A stretch of 64,000 nucleotides of DNA from Eledone cirrhosa (taxonomy: Eukaryota), in assembly GCA_964016885.1 (NCBI GenBank), contig OZ024743.1, positions 106,330,001 through 106,394,000 on the forward strand, given 5' to 3'. Within the stretch, counting starts at the first letter, position 1; each line of letters begins with the position of its first letter. Positions 11,948 to 25,918 of the stretch are shown piece after piece. A model generated the notes under the pieces. The model was not told the origin of the DNA. It saw nothing but the letters and a program-made list of their open reading frames with translations, and searched no databases. Made by a program: the position numbers and the translations under genes.

Positions 11948-12529
11948 TTTTTTTTCTAGGGCGGGTAAAACTCCCGAGATCCATGGACGAGTCCTCTCCA
12001 GCGTTCTCTGTCCCTCATTATCGCTGCCATGTCCTGCGTCTCCAACAGACCAGTGTCTGTCCTTAGGGCATCAACATACGTTAACCTTGGTCTTCCTCTT
12101 CAAGTGTGTCCATGTAGGGGCTCCCACAGGAGCCCTGAGTGCAATGTCAACTCTGGATGTCGGTAAGCATGTCGAGCTAACGTCAGTCTCCTCTGTGTCA
12201 CATTTGAGCTGACTTTTGGGAGGCTCCCATACAGCTCTGAGATTTTCATACTCAGTCTATCCTGTATGTTGGAGCAAAGATTGGGAATACGGAAGATGAT
12301 GTGGTTGAGAGGAAAAGCAAAGCCTGGGCGGCGTGCCACAGGTTGAGATCGGGGTGGGAGTTGGACCATCGTAAAGACCTGAAAATCCGCCTCTTCATTT
12401 CTGTAGTGGAGTCTGTGCTGCTGTACGGGTCTGAGACTTGGACACTGACCAAGGAACTCACTCAGATGTTGGATGGGTGGTACACGAGAATGGTGAATAT
12501 GGCTCTGAACATTAATCGGTATACACTGA

Positions 12530-12530
<1 letters not shown>
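11948..12530 (-). mobile_element. RTE-like LINE 3' end with 5' inversion
   Basis: Minus 11960-12250 reads ELYG.LP…RRLTLARH…LLWEP…[10 protein letters not shown] plus poly-A. Plus 12251-12530 reads VESVLLYGSETWTL…LDGWYTRM. Confidence 0.85.
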
Positions 12531-12589
<59 letters not shown>

Positions 12590-12704
12590 GCAATTAAGTA
12601 ATTTCTCTTCCTGCTAATTTTGAGTATATTCTGGGCTGCCCACATTGCAATACAAAGTCTGTAAAATCTATGTGTGTACGTATATATATATATATATATA
12701 TATA

Positions 12705-14490
12705 TAATGGAAAAATTTGAACAGGAACAAAACAGAGAGGCAGTACAACGAATGTTTATTAATTTCACGATCTGGAGAGTGGGGTGGTGGTGGGGAACGA
12801 CGTTTCGGGCATAAGCCCTTCCTCAGGTGAGAAGTGTGTGGGAACAGAGTTCACAAGGGTGTGTAGGGGAGTGGTGGAGAGACATATAGCGAAAGGAAAC
12901 GGTGCGAATGAAATTAAAAATAAAAATAAAAATAAAGCATGATCAAAATAGAAGGAATGAAATAAAATTAAATATAAAAGCATGAACAAAATAAACTGAA
13001 ATTAAAAAGGGGTAAAACAGGTGGTGGAAGGGTGTGGTGTGTGTAGGGGTGGTGGCGGGTGGAGTGGGGAGAGGGAGACGGGGTGTCCGAGCGGGGAAGG
13101 CTGAAGGTGGTGTGTGTGTGTAGGTGTACGTGTGTGTGTGTGTGTGTATGTGAAAGTAAGGGTTGGGGGAAGAACGGGGTTGCATGTTCAGGAAGAGGTG
13201 TGAGTGGGAGGGGTTGTAGGTCGGAGTATCTGTGCGTGTGTGGATAGAGGGGTGGGGGGAGAGAAATCAGGAGGCTGAGGGTGTAAATATGTGGTGAAAA
13301 GCACGTGTGTGTGGGGTTTAAGCGTGTTGTGGGTGTAGGTGGCGTGTGGGAGACAAAAATGTTTTTGGGTGTGTGTGTGGGTGAGTTATATAGGTGATTC
13401 CGTAAGAGGATGGTTGAAATGTTGGTAAATTGCTATGATGTTTAGTAGATTCCGTGGTGGTCAAGTTCCACATACGAGTATTCCATGAAGAGATGGTCGG
13501 AAGAGGAGAGATGTGGGGTCGCGCGCAACAGAAAGTGGTCAAGCGGTGGGAGTGCTGTGTGTCTGTTTGTGCTGGGTGGTGGTCAGAGGGCATAGCAGCA
13601 GTCGGTGGAATGTTAAAGGGGCGAGGATGGGTAGGTGTGAAAGTTGGAGTGAGGAGGGTGTGTGTGTATTAGTAAAGGTGTTAGTGGGATGAGTGAGTGT
13701 GGAGCGAGGGTGTGGGTGGAGCGGGGAGAGAAGGGTGTGTGTAGTTCTATGGAGGGAGTGTGGTGTACTGGTGTGTGTGTAGTTTGATGAAGGGGGTGTT
13801 AGTGGGTGTTAGTATACGGGAGGTGGGGAAGGGTTGAATGCAGGTGTGAGTGGGGGTTAGTGGTGGTAGGGTGTGTAGAGTTGGTGGCGTACGAGGGTGT
13901 GTGGGTACGTGTGCGTGGGGTTGGGGGTGTTAGTGATGTTAGTTGCGTGTGGGGTGGGTGGTGTAAGTGGGTGCGTGTGTTCGTGTGCTTGGGGTCAGGG
14001 GGTGTTAGTGAGGTTAGTTGCGGGGTGGTGGGATGGAGGTGTGTGGGTGAGGGTTAGTGGTGGTAATAGGGTGTGTGTTTAGTGTGAGCGCGTGTATATA
14101 TGTGCCGGTGGGTGTGTGCGTGTAATAAGGAGGGGGGGAGAAGAAGGGAGGATATTAGTATGTTAGTTGGGGAGGGTGGTCGGATGAGGGGTGGAGTGGA
14201 GGTGTTAGTATTGTTAGTTGTGGGGTGAGCTGTGAAAAGGAGGGGTGTGTTAGTGGTGTTAGTGGGGGATAAGTGTGGGGGGAGGGCGGCGTTCGAAGGC
14301 TAAAGGAATAAGGGTGGGGAGTTCAGGCCGGGGGGAGTGTGGTTCTGTAAGATAAAGATAGTTCTTTGTTCGACTCTAAGGCGATTGGCGGGTGTTCCGT
14401 GGCATTGGAGTAGGCCACAGACTGTGAGATGGCGTGCGGAATGTCCAGGGCCTCCAAAGTGGCGGGCGATGGGGAACTACCACCGAGACG
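12705..14490 (-). mobile_element. Neptune-like PLE 3' fragment (EN C-terminus, CA-rich 3' UTR, pLTR)
   Basis: Minus 14300-14490 reads PIARHF..PGH…LTVCGL…RLRVEQRTIFILQNHTPPGLN. HHR core at about 12766-12830. The tail matches 38258-38312 and resembles 62484-62530. Confidence 0.75.
12766..12830 (-). ncRNA. HHR motif in pLTR
   Basis: ucac-CUGAGGA-agggc uuau gccc-GAAAC…AUC-guga; stem III is imperfect. Confidence 0.55.
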
Positions 14491-14505
14491 AATATATATA
14501 TATAT

Positions 14506-15455
14506 AAAGAATTAGTATACCTACCAACTTATTTATACAGGTGTATACTTATGCTAGAAGAGATATAGGTTTTGTCTTAGTAAATTTATGGTTCAATACA
14601 AAGAGATGTAGAATAATTATATAAAAGACGTAAAATAAGAAAAGTATAGTAATTAAGTCACTTACTTAAATTTCACTCCAACTAATTAGTTTTTGAAAGG
14701 GGATATACATAGTCTCCAAATGGAGACCATGGAAAATCCTTTCTTCATCAGGGAGTCATTCTCGGCTAAGATTCCTGGCGATGCGCGGACACAGGGATCC
14801 AATACAAAATTAATTCAGTGGATGGAAAAAAGCTAGCGCGGACTGAATTCCAAGCTATTGAAAACTTTACTTAGTTGGAGTGAAATTTAAGTAAGTGAGT
14901 TAATTACTATAATTTTCTTATTTTAAGTCTTTTATATAATTGTTCTACATCTCTGTATTGAACCACACAGTTACGAAGACAACACCTATATCTCTGCTAG
15001 CGTAAGTTTACACCTGTATAAATATGTTGGTAGATATACTAATTCTTTATAATTATCTCCAAATTATTTTGTTGAGCAAAACTTTGCCTAAATTACTACT
15101 ATGGTTCATAATATTAAACTTGGCTACTGTCTTTTTAACACACCACTCCTAAATGATTACCCTCGATGTCACGTGATTGATTCTTTTGAATGTGCCACTG
15201 ACCACGAGGGCAGTGAAGTTTTCAATGGCTTGGAATTTAGTCCGCGCTGGCTTTTTTCCATCCACTGAATTATTTTTGGTATTGGATCCCTGTGTCTGCG
15301 AATCGCCAAGAATCTTAGCCGAGAATGACTCCCTGATGAAGAAAGGATTCTCCATGGTCTCCATCTGGAGTCTATGTATATCCCATTTCAGAAACTAATT
15401 AGTTGGAGAGAAATTTAAGTAAGTGAGTTAATTACTATAATTTTCTTATTTTATG

Positions 15456-15465
<10 letters not shown>
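14506..15465. mobile_element. Non-coding pLTR-derived element with nested inverted repeats
   Basis: 14506-14685 is the reverse complement of 14870-15050; about 14620-14870 is the reverse complement of 15215-15465. Flanked by (TA)n. Confidence 0.85.
15329..15408 (+). ncRNA. Type I hammerhead ribozyme, canonical core
   Basis: cucc-CUGAUGA-a gaaaggau…auccc auuuc a-GAAAC-uaauua-GUU-ggag. The antisense copy at 14676-14755 has G12 changed to A. Confidence 0.75.
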
Positions 15466-15491
<26 letters not shown>

Positions 15492-16689
15492 ACATATACT
15501 TATATTTATACACACATAGACATATTTATATATGTATACACGCATTTACACATGCACACACACATACACACACGCACACATACACGCGCACACACACACA
15601 CTCACTCATATATATATTTTTATATATATATATATATAAATATATATTTACTGTTTATAATAGTGTAAGTATCTAAGGATCCTTGGGGTTTACACTATCT
15701 TAGTTTGTAATTGGGAAGGAAATAAAGCCCATCTGTATATATGCATATGGAAATTGCATGCATTTAATGACGCAATTATCTTGGAAATATGACTAGCTGT
15801 AGACTTTGCATAATATGCTCTGATATCCAAACCAATTCACGGTAGGGTGATTGCGTATAAGAAGCTTTTTCATTGTTATTTATTTTTAATGACGGATAAG
15901 AAAATGGAATGTTTCGTAGGGATTCATTAAATCAGATTTATTTCCTGAAATCTAAAAGAAATTCGAGCACATAGCTTTCAGAGTTGTAATTGAAATGATG
16001 TTAAAATTGACAACTCTTCAAATCTCCAGCTACTTCTATAAAACAAAGAACAACGATATTAATTGTTCATTAAATGGAATAGTTGTATGAATGGGACAAG
16101 ATATTAATGATTTCACTTTACTCAGGGAGTTCATCATTCGTTCCATATTAAAATAATGACAAGCAAAATAATCCTTTCTGCGAAAGTTAATCCTATGTGC
16201 TATAAAATGCCTTTATTATAGTGAAGGTCAACGTGAATCGCAACTCTTAAGCTTGTATACGTGCGGAATGGTAGTTAATGAAACAATGAATAGCTTCCAG
16301 CTTTCAATAGATATATATGTAGTTAGACTAAACACACCCAGAACAATATTGGGCAATATGCATTAGTAACAGAAGAAAGGAAACTATATGTATAATGTCT
16401 AATTCAAAGTTGATTTTTGCTACATACATAATACTTGTTTAAATTGAGAAGATATACTTATTTCTAAACCAGGTATCAAAATCCAACTTTCCAAACAATC
16501 TTATGTGTCCTTGTAAAGAAATAAATCAGATGCAAAATATATATTGATGAAACATGTAAAACAGAACTTTCATATCTGAAACGATAGAATATTTTGATTT
16601 GATTATGTTTTAATGTTGATGATCACCACCATCATATTCAGCAGCATATGCACAATTATTTAACGTGATGTATTATATTATTGATTGTC

Positions 16690-16866
16690 AGTATCGGTAC
16701 AGGTTTGGACGCCATGCTTTGCAGCATGGAAATACGGGACTTTACGATCTGAGTTCAAATCTCGCCGAGGTTAACTTTGCCTTTCATCCATACGGGGTCG
16801 ATAAAATAGAGTACCAGTAATGCACTGAGATAATTGCTGGCCTTGTGCCAAAAGTAGAAACAATTA
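16690..16866 (+). mobile_element. tRNA-like SINE
   Basis: Near-identical to 5395-5568. Confidence 0.85.
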
Positions 16867-17009
16867 TTCATTAAACCTTGAATAATATAGTCATTACAAA
16901 AGCTTTACTTAAATAACAATATTTTTCATTGATATACAGAACAGTATATTGTTAGAAAATATTACATAAAATGCATGTAAAGGATCTGATCACTGAAGAA
17001 AATGTTTTT

Positions 17010-17130
17010 GAAAACTAGGTACAAAGCCGGCAATTTAGGCACGAAAAAATTTGATTAACTTGACACCAGCTCTTTACTGCTACTTAAACGTTATGGACCC
17101 CATTCAAAGCTGATCAGGGCGGCACTTCAA
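17010..17130 (-). mobile_element. Old SINE remnant
   Basis: Weak similarity to the SINE 3' half (ctaggtacaaagccggcaattt…). Confidence 0.4.
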
Positions 17131-17324
17131 GAATCTCACACCGAAACTGCTTTTATCTTTAAAATACTTCCTTTCTCTTCGTCCACTTGATTTTATAACG
17201 TATGTACAATTCACTTTATTGTGATGGCATCGTAATGCTATAAATCATCAAAATACTCTCAATGTTAAAGGCATCAATATACGTTCTACAATGAAACATT
17301 CTGACTTTCAATCTTTGAAATATT

Positions 17325-17360
<36 letters not shown>

Positions 17361-20294
17361 ATATTAAAGCAGATAGGTTAAGCAATAACAAAAACATATT
17401 GCATAATATAAAGCACCAATCGTTTAAAATATTGGATCGTATTTTGATCAGTTCGTTAACGGGTTACCTTTAACATAGTTCGATATATAACTCAAAATTT
17501 TAGATAGTATAAATTATGTATTGCTATGCAAAATTCTGAACTCAAAACGTAAGCTATAATTTCTTTAATTAATCTAGGATAGTATTTACGAGGCGTATTT
17601 ACTTCTTCGGAAATATATAGTCATTAATGAATCGAAAGAGTACCTCTCTACTGTTTAATGAAACAATATCCGGGATTAAGTATCTTTGCTGCGATAGTTA
17701 TATGGTTAATGATTTAAATTAACTATTTCACGAGGTTATTGGAGATATTCAAACTAATTATACAGACGGAAAATATATTCCTCTAAATTATCAAGTCCAA
17801 AAAATTACATTAGATTTCATTTAATTAGCTGAAAACTCACTTTCAGATAATGCTTTTAGAGTAATTTTCAGCTCAAATATAATTTAATTAATATATATTG
17901 AGCATGCACAAGCGTATTGACTAATTAATAGACGTAAAATAATTGTTGTTGTTAATGCAATAACGTCCATGATAGTTCCACGTGCTCAATACCAACCTTG
18001 TTTATTATATAAACAACGAATATCCTTACGCTTTTATACCTATATATAACAGGACAATATATCTTCATGTATGCATAAAACGTTAATTTAAACTACAGAA
18101 ATTTCGCACTAAAGGCGGGACATCTTGAAGCTGCTCTTCAATAACTATCTAGATTAGAGAGGCTATTTATCATCAAATATAATATCTATCAGAGATAAAA
18201 AACGTGTTTCATATAAGGAGGCTATGAAAGATACCAACAGAAACTATTAATGTTATCATATTTTGTCCTATTTTTGCCCGTCTCGCCGCCTGATGTAATA
18301 TTTTCCTATTTTTCTATCAGCCACCCTTTTTAGTTTAGTTTTTCATTTGTAAGGGATATATGATACCCTAGATATACTAGCTCTATATGTATAGTGATTA
18401 AATTGGTTACATAATCATTCGATATACTGTAAATCTATATGATATCAAGTTGCTCAGGATTTCGTCAAAATTTGTGGATAGTATCAATGAAAACTACCAT
18501 TGTATCCAAGTTATCAAGCGAACATAGCTAAGATAAAGTATTGTATTATGCATACATATCAATTTATTATTGGAGATGTATCTATAATTATATATTGAAT
18601 TACCACTTCCTTAGCTTGCATTTCTATGTGAAAACCATTCTTGGAATGTTTAACGGGAAGAGACACTGTAATGTTTTCTAAAACTCATAAAGATATTATA
18701 AGTATTCGCCTTCTACTCAATGTTGACCTTTAAATATGGTTACAAAGCAATACCGCTTACAGGTTACAAACATTGACCTTTCACACAGAAATACGTAACA
18801 AACTCTATGACCAGCAATATTATTCAATAGAAATTATTTAATAGAAAAAGAAAATATTAAGAAAGAAAAAGTTCTAGATTAAAATAGTTTTCTCTTTTCT
18901 TTTAGTTGCTTTATTTCAGTATCTTCTAATATGCACTGAATCATTTATAAAATAAACATCCGATTTCATGTTTTTTATAAGGTTTCACTAATCATATGTC
19001 TATTTGAAAGAATACTATCTGAAATGCATGTGGCAATAGAAATAGCGTGTCTATACATGTTGGAGTTTGCAAGTGGCATGGTTATCACACGCAATCTATC
19101 TGTTCCTAGATGATGGACGTAGTTGTTTCATTTCTTAAATGCATGTACCAATCAACAGAGCAAATGTGAGAGAAAGTGTTATGAACAAATGTAATTTGGG
19201 GAGTAAAACTTTGTTGAGATATTATAATAGAAGAACTGTTAAAATACCAACTAATTAAGGTAAAACCCATACATTTAAAAGCCAAATTAAAAAAAGAACT
19301 ACACCATATGTTAAAAATGAACAAAACATCTAAAAACGAGAATAATTGAATACCAAAATTATGAATAATTAAAAATAAATAGATTAATAGACTGGAAGGA
19401 AATATAATTTGGTAAAGAATGTTTTTTAGTTATAATAAAATGTAGTTTGCTTGAAACATTGTATATAATATATCTCTTTCCCCATTATTTTTTAGTTATA
19501 TTAAAATATTATATAACAGAATCACCTAATAGATTCTTGAAGTTAAACGTTTTAAGAAAATATGTATATTAAGAAATAAAGAACGATGTTAAAAAAATAA
19601 CAATTGCTAAGCGGTCTCTCAAGGTCCCGTAAAAGGGACTTCAAATTAATATTAGCCTAAGTGTGAAAAGAAATTTGCAAACTAGAGTGTATGAGGAGAA
19701 TGATTCGGTAAACATACTTTCATACTGGCTTCTATATAATGGTTATAACACCCGAAATTCAGAATTGAGATGAGATAAACTAGTATCATACTGGATTGCT
19801 CATGATAGAAATGTTTTCTTAAACTGCATTAAGTATTTTTTATAGATATTTAGGTGAACCAAGAAAAAGATGTGTGTATTATCAGAGTCCAATGAGAGCC
19901 GAATAACACAACAGAAAATGTTTATTTTTGTAAATTTAGACTTAAATCTTCATTACAATTTGTTACATTTTGGGGTCTGTTAAGGATGTAAGCTTGTTCA
20001 AATTTTGATGGGGCTAGGTTAGATAATTTGACTGTATTTTTATTCACAATCCTTTGTGTCCATACTGTGACTAAGAAATGTGTTATAGGTGTATTTATTA
20101 AAGTTTAATTGAAATTACTTAATCTATTTATAATGATATTATCCTTAGTTGTAAGAGGGTCAAAGTGAATATCTGTTACATTTAAAGAACATCTTTGGAA
20201 TAAATCCAAACATTTATTTTTCCTATCTCTCTGATTCCACTCCTTTCAGATATTTTCATACTACTAACTACTGATCATACTGCTAATATATATT

Positions 20295-20369
<75 letters not shown>

Positions 20370-20373
<4 letters not shown>

Positions 20374-23300
20374 AACAATACAATATAATTACCTCATTGC
20401 CAGAGGTTTCCCGAATAAGACGAATACAAGAAACGGTCCTCATTCGTTCGTCAGACAAGGCATTTTAAAACATAGTGAAATATTTGAAAAATCTCTTCAA
20501 GAAGGGCAAAAGTTTAACGGGCAAAAAAATATATAAATAAAAGTAATTACTCCAATGGATAAATAGCTCTTCCGTAGTACATTGGTTTAATAATATTAAA
20601 CATACAAATAGTTCTAGATTCACCCAATTTGGCATTGTAGACTTCTACCCTTCTATTACTCACCCTCCTTTAACGAAAGCATTAAATGTTGCTAGAAATT
20701 CATCAATATTTCTGATATTGAAGCGAATATCATTTTGCAGGCTAGTAATACTTTACTATTTACTAATAATAACACTTGGGTAAACAAATCTAACCCAGAG
20801 AACCCATTCGATGTCTCAATGGGTTCTCTTGACAGTGCTGACGTGTGCGATTTAGTCGGCCTATTATTCCTACACACACTTAAAGATAAATTCCCTAACC
20901 ATACCTTTGGGCTTTATCGCGACGATGGTCTAATACTTTCCCATACCACTATAGGCCATAACTTAGATAGATTCAGGAAAGACTTAATAAAAACCTTCGC
21001 TAGTTTTAATCTTAAAATTACCATTGACACTAACCTTTCTAATGTTAATTTTCTAGATATAAAGCTAGATCTGCCTGTTGCTTCTTATAAACCATAACAT
21101 AAACCTAATGAAAATTCAAAATATATAAATAAAGGCTCTTGCCTTCCTCCTATAGTTTTTTAAAAATCTTATCCCTAATATTAGCTTATTTTCAATAAGG
21201 CATCCCCCTACTATAATAAAACCCTTCAAAATAGCGGATATAGCGAACCGATTAAGTACATATCCAACAATACTAACTCCTTTAAATATAATAATAGGAA
21301 AAGAAAAATAATCTGGTTCACACACCCTACTCTTTAGCAGTTAAAACTAATGTAGGCAAAATATTTCCTATAGATCTTAGATAAACATTTCCGTAGAACA
21401 CATAGATACTATAAGATCTTCAATAGAAACAGTGTCAACATCAGCTACTCCTGAGGTCCCCTATTAAATTGTATATCCTCAATAAGAAAATACCCATAGA
21501 CCATTAAAATTGCTCCTGTAGAGTCAAAAGTGAATGCCCATTACAAGGTAAATGCAACACCAAAGCCATTGTATATGCGGCTAAAGTGACAACCACCAGC
21601 AACCACCTACCAGCCACCAGCGAACGATATGTGGGTATGCCAAAAGACAAATTCAAAACGCGTTATTACTCATATGTCGCATCTTTACAACAGCTCTGGC
21701 TAGCAGAATATGGCATTTGAAAGACCAAGGTATCCAATATAAATTAGATTGGTCAATTTTGAACCAATCTAAAGAATATCCAAGAGGAACAATAAGATGC
21801 GCACTCTGCATAAGTGAAAAATATTGGATTTTACAGAACCTTAAATCACCAAAAACCTGCCTAAATGCAAAAATAGAAATGTTCACCTGTTGCCCACACA
21901 GGAAATCACACTGGCTTTCCAGCTCATATAAACTTAACTCACTTTCAGATACTTATCCTCCATAAACTCTTGTTCTTCACTTTCCTTAACTTAACTTCTT
22001 TACACACTTCTCTTTCTGATTTACTTTTATTTTTATTTTTAACTTTATTTTTACTTCACATCCATTCGTGACCCCCTCTCTGCATTTTGATTCACTTACT
22101 TTATATCTTCAGAATTTTACATATTTTACTTCCTTTTCTTTCACTACCTGATATCACTTGTCAGTTGCGTTTTCAACTCCGATATATTCTGTTGTCCCTC
22201 AGCCGCTTTTATGTATGTTTACTTGCATATAATTTGTACTCATTTATTCATACGGCTGGTTTTTATAGCATGTATACGTGTAAGTGTGTATATGTGTGTA
22301 TACGTGTTTCTATATGTATACGAATGCATTCGTATGTGCGCGTGTGTGTGTATATGTCTCTGTGTATGCTTGTTTTTATATCTATGTTTTTTACATACTT
22401 ATATATGTGTGTGTGTGTGTGTGTATATGTATATATATATATATATATACATATGTGTGTGTGTATATATATATGTATATATATATATATATGGTCGCGT
22501 GCGTTTCGTGTGATTAGATGTACATGTATGCATATATATGTGCTTCGTGTGTATGTATGCGCGCTTTTGTATGTATGTACGCATGTATGTGCTTTTATCT
22601 GTACGTATTTATATATATTTTTATTTATATATATGTGTACGAACATCTGTATGTTTTCTATTTTTTATAGTGTTACTTTATAATTGATAACCGCTTCCTC
22701 TTACTTTCTCTTTGATTTAATTTTTTAATTCTCTTATATTTTCTCATAATTTCATTTTCATATTTTATATTTTTATATATGAATCGACCTTCAGCCTGGC
22801 ACTGCTTTGACTAATATATCACATGCATGTATGTGGTGGCGTGTGTGTGTGTGTGTTTATACGCGTGCTTTCATACTTGTATGTGTATATATTTCAATCC
22901 TTAGTCCTTGTGTCTGTATGTACGCTAACTCTATTATCTTACAATTTCTTTTTTCAACATATATTATATACGTATTTGTGGTCACACATACACTCATATG
23001 CTTGCCTTCATGTATGTACTTACGCATACATTTTTTTACGATACACATGAATTTGTACATACACACATATGTACATTTGTACGTGCATATACACAGATTT
23101 AAACACATACCCTTACTCTATGTCCTTATTTTGTTTTCATATATCTCTTGCGTTACATTTATTTATATTTTTTTTTTGCCTTTCTTGTGGAGATTTTTCA
23201 AATATTTCACTATGTTTTAAATTGCCTTGTCTGACGAACGTATGAGGACGTTTCTTGTATTCGTCTTATTCGGGAAATCACTGGTAATGAGGTAAGTATA

Positions 23301-23450
23301 TTTTATTGTTTATTATACATTAAATTTAGCTCTGTAACATACATAGAGCAATCTTCACTCCTATGACTTTTTCAATTTTCAACGGAAACTTCAATACTTA
23401 TATATATATATATATATGTATACACAAATATATATTAGCAGTATGATAAC
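20370..23450 (+). mobile_element. 5'-truncated Hydra-like PLE with inverted 5' pLTR (20370-20497), RT-EN (20500-21965), microsatellite-rich 3' UTR and 3' pLTR
   Basis: FDVSMGSLDSADVCDLVGL, GLYRDDGL, VNFLDI, LDWSIL…CALCISEK…CCPHR. 20370-20497 is the reverse complement of about 23190-23317. Confidence 0.9.
23222..23295 (+). ncRNA. Type I hammerhead ribozyme (antisense copy at 20389-20462)
   Basis: uugccuugu-CUGACGA-acguaugaggac…gucuuauucgg-GAAA-ucacug-GUA-augagguaa. Confidence 0.7.
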
Positions 23451-23458
23451 TATGTATG

Positions 23459-23554
<96 letters not shown>

Positions 23555-23576
23555 TATATATATATATACACATATG

Positions 23577-23671
<95 letters not shown>

Positions 23672-23989
23672 CTGCGTGTGTGTATATATGTATGTATATA
23701 TAGATATGTTGAATATCAGAGGCCTGCTAAAACTCACCAACATAAAGAAAAATTCCCTACCTGAGAGACATGGCCGTAAATAATTAAGCAATATAAATGG
23801 CACTAACTGAAACGCACCTGACAAGCAGTATACCAGATGTATACCTAAAATCAAAGAAGCCCACGTAACATGCTAGTCCAGGATGACTTAAAGTATAAAG
23901 TCTGCGAAATTGGGTAATAAGGAGGTCAGGACCCCGAACGCAGATACTATTGCAATCAAATTCAGAGAGCAACGTGAGAAAACTGAAGG

Positions 23990-25615
23990 CGTTGTAACAG
24001 TGGGGAGATTGTTCAGCTCAGCTGAACAATCTTATGACTGTTTCCAGCATGGCTTCAGTCAAGATGTCAAAGATGAACGTCTATAAATCTTGGCTTGGAA
24101 ATGAGTCCCCTTGCATTGCGGTATACGTAGGCACGAAAGATTGCAGCAGAGAGGTTGAAGGTAAAGGCGTCCAAAGTTAAGACATCGGAGGATTTTGGGG
24201 TGTAAGCTTCCGTCTACGGAATAAGAAGGCCTCCTCCACAACTACTATCTAGAACACGTCTGATGTTCCCTATCTTCGGAGCGGCGTATCCTCACGAGTT
24301 GGAGAGAATAATGTTTATCTCCTAAATCTTCTCACAACATTTTCTGATGTACAGAGGCTGAGGTCACAAAAGCAGTTAAAACACTCAAATGGGGAAAGGC
24401 CGCTATGGAAGATGAAATCCGGCCCGCGATGTTAAAAGCCTTAAATATAGGAGGTATTCTCCTGCTGATTCCTTGGGCGCAGGTGGGTTGGATCTCTGGA
24501 AAACCACCTAAGTAAGTGCAATCGGGGGTGATAATCCCAATTTTGAAAAGAAAATCAAGAAATATTGTTCCAATTACAGAGGGATTTTTTTTGTTAAGCT
24601 TCTCCTGCAATGAGATTTTCGAGTCCAAGTTTTGACCCCGGACGCAGCACAGATGGCCAATATTCACAGTGCAGCAGATCGTCGCCAAATGGTGGAAGTA
24701 TTGCTAAGAGGTTTATTCTTATTTTGTCAATCTTGAGAAGGCATACGACCGCGTTCATGATGTGGAATGCTATGCTGAATTATGGGATCGATGGTCTGCT
24801 TCTTTCTGTCCTGATGTCTCTATACGAATGCCCGCGTATTTGTGCTCGGGTAAATGGTGCTAAATCGGAACAATTCAATGTAGGATGTCGAGCTCCGCCA
24901 TTGGTACGTACTGTCACGTATCCTGTTCATTTTTTACATGAACAGCATTGGCATTCGCAGCCGTGATGGTAGTGGTGTCATGACTGGCGTGTATACATTT
25001 AGTCAGCTGCAATTTTCGGGTGACATTGTGTTATTTAATTCGGCAGAAAGTAATCACCGACATTCACAGTATTGTTTCAGGCCGAATATTGCATCGCTGG
25101 AATGAAGATGAGTACTGCAAAAACTGTGACACTCCTCTTCTCAGGGAAGCCTGGGAAGTGCACTCTCTATCTGAATAAATTTCCACTGAAGCAAGTAGAG
25201 AAGTTCAAGTATATTGCGAACGTGTTCACGAGTAGTGGGCGGTAGGAGACTAAATTGAGTGCAGGAATTGCAGTAGCTGGTGTAGTAATGCGCTAATTTC
25301 AGCCGTAAAAGTCAAGTTCGCTATCGTCAATTCGGTATTCATGCCAAACCTTCCTTATGGTTATGAATATTGTGTAATGACCGAAAGAATACGATCGTGA
25401 ATACAAGCAGACGAAATGGGCTTCATGAGAAGGGCCTTTCGAGAAAAGTAACTCGATAGATTGCTTAGCTCAAAGATCAGAGCGTCACACTAGAGGTAGA
25501 GCTTTATCTCCGAATTGAGAGATTACAGCCGCAATATTCCGGGAACATGCCCAGAATGTCTCAGGAAAGAATCGACTGACGGATTTTACGGGCGAAGCCA
25601 AATGGCAGGAGACAC
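23990..25615 (+). mobile_element. Decayed RTE-clade LINE RT region
   Basis: Fragmented frames: TEAEVTKAVKTLKWGKAA.EDEIRP.MLKAL, GVIIPI.K, FRPGRSTDGQ, FV.LEKAYDRV, PLKQVEKFKY, LPYGYE..VMTER.RS.IQA.EMGF.R. Confidence 0.85.
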
Positions 25616-25873
25616 TTTCGCTATGAAATTTTAGGGTTGTGTCCAGTGGCGGACTAGGTCTAAAAATATTGGTTGCCAGGAGACTACATATAGAATGCTA
25701 TCATTTAATTTTTATAATGAATTAATACCATTTTCAAAAAATACATCAGTGGAAACAAAATAGTACAATCAAAATTTTGCGGAAAAATATCTTACCTTCT
25801 GCAATAAAAATTATTATGTATTTTGCGAAATCCAGAGACTTTCAATAATTACCTTTGGTGTTTCACACTCACT

Positions 25874-25918
<45 letters not shown>

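Noticed and set aside
19103-19138. Possible terminal exon (ttcctag|…DGRSCFIS*)
   Set aside because: Too short and no partner exons found; expected by chance.
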